This document shows, piece after piece, positions 61,053 through 64,000 of a stretch of 64,000 nt of DNA. The notes below the pieces were generated by a model, which saw nothing but the letters and a program-made list of their open reading frames with translations, did not search any database and was not told the DNA's origin. The position numbers and the translations under genes were made by a program. The DNA is from Takakia lepidozioides (taxonomy: Eukaryota; Plantae; Bryophyta), in the NCBI GenBank assembly GCA_030704615.1, contig CM060732.1, positions 76,694,001 through 76,758,000 of the forward strand, read 5' to 3'. The number at the start of each line of letters is the position of its first letter. Within the stretch, counting starts at the first letter, position 1.

Positions 61053-61390
61053 CCCTCCCCCCCTCTGTGGAATAGGGTCTGTAGAATATTTTTGTATAAA
61101 AATGTGCAGCTTTTTGAGGATTGTGAATAGAGATATGACAGAGCTGCCTAATCTCTTCTTTCACTGTTGGTACTGGACCAAAATTTACGAAGCGAGAACC
61201 TCGATCACAACCTTGGCAAGCCAACACAGGCTGCCCCTGGCAGGAGCAGTTAGCTCACGATGGGTCACAGACAACCTGCAACAAAGGTAGCATCTGGCTT
61301 TCAAGATGTGCAAAAGAATGAACTCTTATTTAGTCCTAAATCAAATTCTCCGTCACCTTGCTCTCTCTCTCTCCCTCTCTCCCCCATTGT

Positions 61391-61445
61391 GGGTCGATGG
61401 TCACAAGGCTACGGCAAACAACGTCTTATGAGTACATTCTCTCTC
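61391..61445 (+). mobile_element. Minimal LINE 3'-end copy downstream of NOT3
   Basis: GGTCGATGGTCACAAGGCTACGGCAAACAACGTCTTATGAGTACATTCTCTCTC next to a CT-rich tract. Confidence 0.7.
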
Positions 61446-62442
61446 ATTGTGCTGCTATATTACCTGATGCATACATAGTCGGATGTCTGCTCAACTTTCA
61501 TAGGGATGGTAGTATGCAAATGACATAAGGCAGCAAAGCAGTGCAAGGGATATTGAAACAGGTATTTCAATCTTCTTCAAATTTCCTTGGGTGTCGTTCT
61601 TGTTAAGCTGCAGGCGCTGATTTTAATCACAACCATTTAGACTTTCATTTCTGCCCAAAATGTGATTAGGACAGTAGCAATGGGACCAACTGATTGAGCA
61701 CACATGGAGTTATCTAGATTGCTCTCCAGGTTACATACTATTGAACCAATCAAGTATTTTACAGCTCTGCATTCTTCAGACTACTAGTGCAGAGATCTGC
61801 ACCGAAACAGAATGTCACATTTAGAGAAAATCACAGTTGTCAAGTAGGAGTGTTTCACAGGGCTCCTCTATCCAGTTTGCTTGCCTCGCTATTAATACAC
61901 TCTGGATTCACTTGGCTGACCTTCAAGAAAAGTGGGTAAAGGGTCTCTATGCGCCCACTTCTGTTGGTTACCAATACTGATGGGCGCCTGCTATACAAGT
62001 GTTCAACTAAAACATTGAGCACTTACTCTCCTGGTGGGTGTCGGAGTTGGGTACCCCCGGTGAACCTGGTGTCTACTAGATAGTACACTCACATCTTAAC
62101 TTATCAATGCTGCCTCTGTGTGTGAGGCCTGCCCTGACAGGAGATATTGACAAGCTAAAGCACAGCTTCAGGGAGGGCTGCCAAATCGGCTATTCAAGAC
62201 ATTGACCAAGTGGATGAACCAAGTCTCAAGTCGCAAGTGTAGGGTCATGGCGGGCTGTCACCTCACCTTAATGTGAAATTGCCATATGAATGAGCCAGAG
62301 TGCTCCTGGAGAGACACAAGAACATAGATTTTCTTTGACATAAAAAGGAAGGGGACCTGAAGGTGGGATAATGCACCAAGTCCAGGTTTTGTAGATAAAA
62401 AGACAATCACAATCATTGTTCTTAAGTCCAATCTGGATGTAT

Positions 62443-62476
<34 letters not shown>

Positions 62477-63084
62477 GGTGAAACAAAAAGCCTCTCATTT
62501 TAAGATAGCAGCGGACCGAGTCGCAGCTACCCTTGGCCTTATGGACCCCCCCCTCTGCTACACGTGGGCCTCGCCCTCGCCACAGGCACACTCGCACACA
62601 TTGAAAACGTTATTACCTTTCAATGAGAAGCAAACAAAAATGTGCTCATGCAAGAAATATTGTGAAAAGTTGCACTGAGACATTAAAAATAGCCTTCAAT
62701 TTTTCCTGAGAAACACAAAGATCAGGAATGAGCTCTCAGTACATAACACTGGTCTTAGGGAGGGCTGTATTGTAGGGCTACTGTGTCCTTCACCACTAAA
62801 GATTCACAAATTGCAAAACCTTGTTTCGAAGTGATAAGGACACATTCCAAACATGATATCTGTTGCGCACCTCTTGCCTAAACACCCACAACAGTAAAAA
62901 CAATACCTAGAGGTTGCGTCAGGAACCCACATAAGCAGGCTGCCGGTACACATTGGTCTTCCCACTTCTACTGCACTGTGCCCCACAAAAGCCAGCACTT
63001 GATTCAAGAGATTTGTCAACTGAATATCTGCCAGATCCAGAATATCCATCGGCCTGTTGAAGCCCCAAACCACCTAAAGAATAT

Positions 63085-63523
63085 TCATGTAGTGAAGGAC
63101 TCTCCACAGCCACATTGCCCTTTAGAGTTGGGATTGACGAAGACAAACTCAGATCTGCAACACCATCACACATTGACATACACCAGCACATGAATGATAA
63201 GGAGAGCCAAAGCAATGTTCATGAGACTCAGGCCCAAACCTAGTGCACACACAGAGCTGACAACCATCTGAGCAACATGATTTGCATGAGCTAATTCCAG
63301 CACTCTCTCCAGTGGGTGTTGCCCTACGGCACTTCAATGCACCACCTACGCCCGAAAGAGATCAGTCAACAGCAAAATAGACAGTTGGAGAGAAGAGAAA
63401 CTTACTTAAGGCGGTCTTCTACAAAATCCATCTTTGTACCAATCACGTGCATTAGTGCCCGCGGGTGAATCAAAACCTTGACTCCTTTCTCTTCTACTAG
63501 TTCATCAAATTTGCCCTGCGCGT
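63085..63523 (-). CDS. ISCA1: Mitochondrial iron-sulfur assembly protein IscA-like, last two exons (63523-63406, 63154-63085); 5' part not seen in window
   Basis: KFDELVEEKGVKVLIHPRALMHVIGTKMDFVEDRLK|SEFVFVNPNSKGQCGCGESFTT*; GT-AG boundaries. Confidence 0.93.
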
Positions 63524-64000
63524 CTGCGAATCCCTCCCACAAATCAGGTTGCCCAGTGTAAATACCACCTATACAGTCCCGAACTCATCTGCAGCCGCAA
63601 CACTAGCAACAGAGCAACAGAGCAAAACAGAGGGCGAATGAGTACCCATTCACCGTCCCCAGGTAACGGGTTAGCACTTCCTGCTGGGCCCTCTTCCTCC
63701 AGAAGGAGAGCTGGGCCCTGCTGGCACCCTCCCATTTCGAGTTCCTGCTTCCCTATTTTGACTTCTCTATTACCCTAAATTATTGGGACGGGGGAGGGGG
63801 GACTGGTTCATTGGGTGTTGCCTTCGAAGTACCCTTGAAGGCATAGTTCATGCTAGATGCCAATCTTCCCTGAGACGGTTGTGGGTTTCATCCACCAGCT
63901 TACATGAGATTCAGCCCCAGATTGGCATATTTTGCACTCACAGAAGGATATAATACAGTTACAGGGAATCAAGAGCTGATTTATGCACTGGCCTTGACAT

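Noticed and set aside
63835-63860. 'MNYA' on the minus strand as the upstream IscA exon
   Set aside because: Lacks the preceding GCNGLSY motif and a splice donor; the true exon is probably beyond the window

Overview
Eukaryotic land-plant nuclear DNA, probably from a non-seed plant (inferred from gene and TE content; not provable here). Host genes: intronless CAF1/POP2, a doubly frameshifted SEC12-like pseudogene, an intronless MAPKK, NDF5-like, an intron-containing XPT, a multi-exon NOT3, and the 3' exons of a mitochondrial IscA-like gene. Two large elements dominate the accessory DNA. (1) A decayed Ty3/Gypsy-type LTR retrotransposon (~11.8-19.4 kb) whose polyprotein carries a DNMT3-like C5 cytosine methyltransferase domain between the aspartic protease and a largely deleted RT/RNaseH, followed by integrase. 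(2) A complete 14.8-kb foldback Mutator-like element (25289-40086, 9-bp TSD). It encodes an uninterrupted 4-exon transposase resembling the angiosperm At4g13970/At1g60560-type SWIM proteins, plus a 3-exon zinc-finger accessory gene. Its arms, introns and spacers are saturated with one motif, TGTAACCC/GGGTTACA, an arrangement reminiscent of VANDAL/VANC anti-silencing systems. A non-L1-looking LINE family has left many 5'-truncated 3' ends, some with 15-16 bp TSDs and some stacked at the same site.
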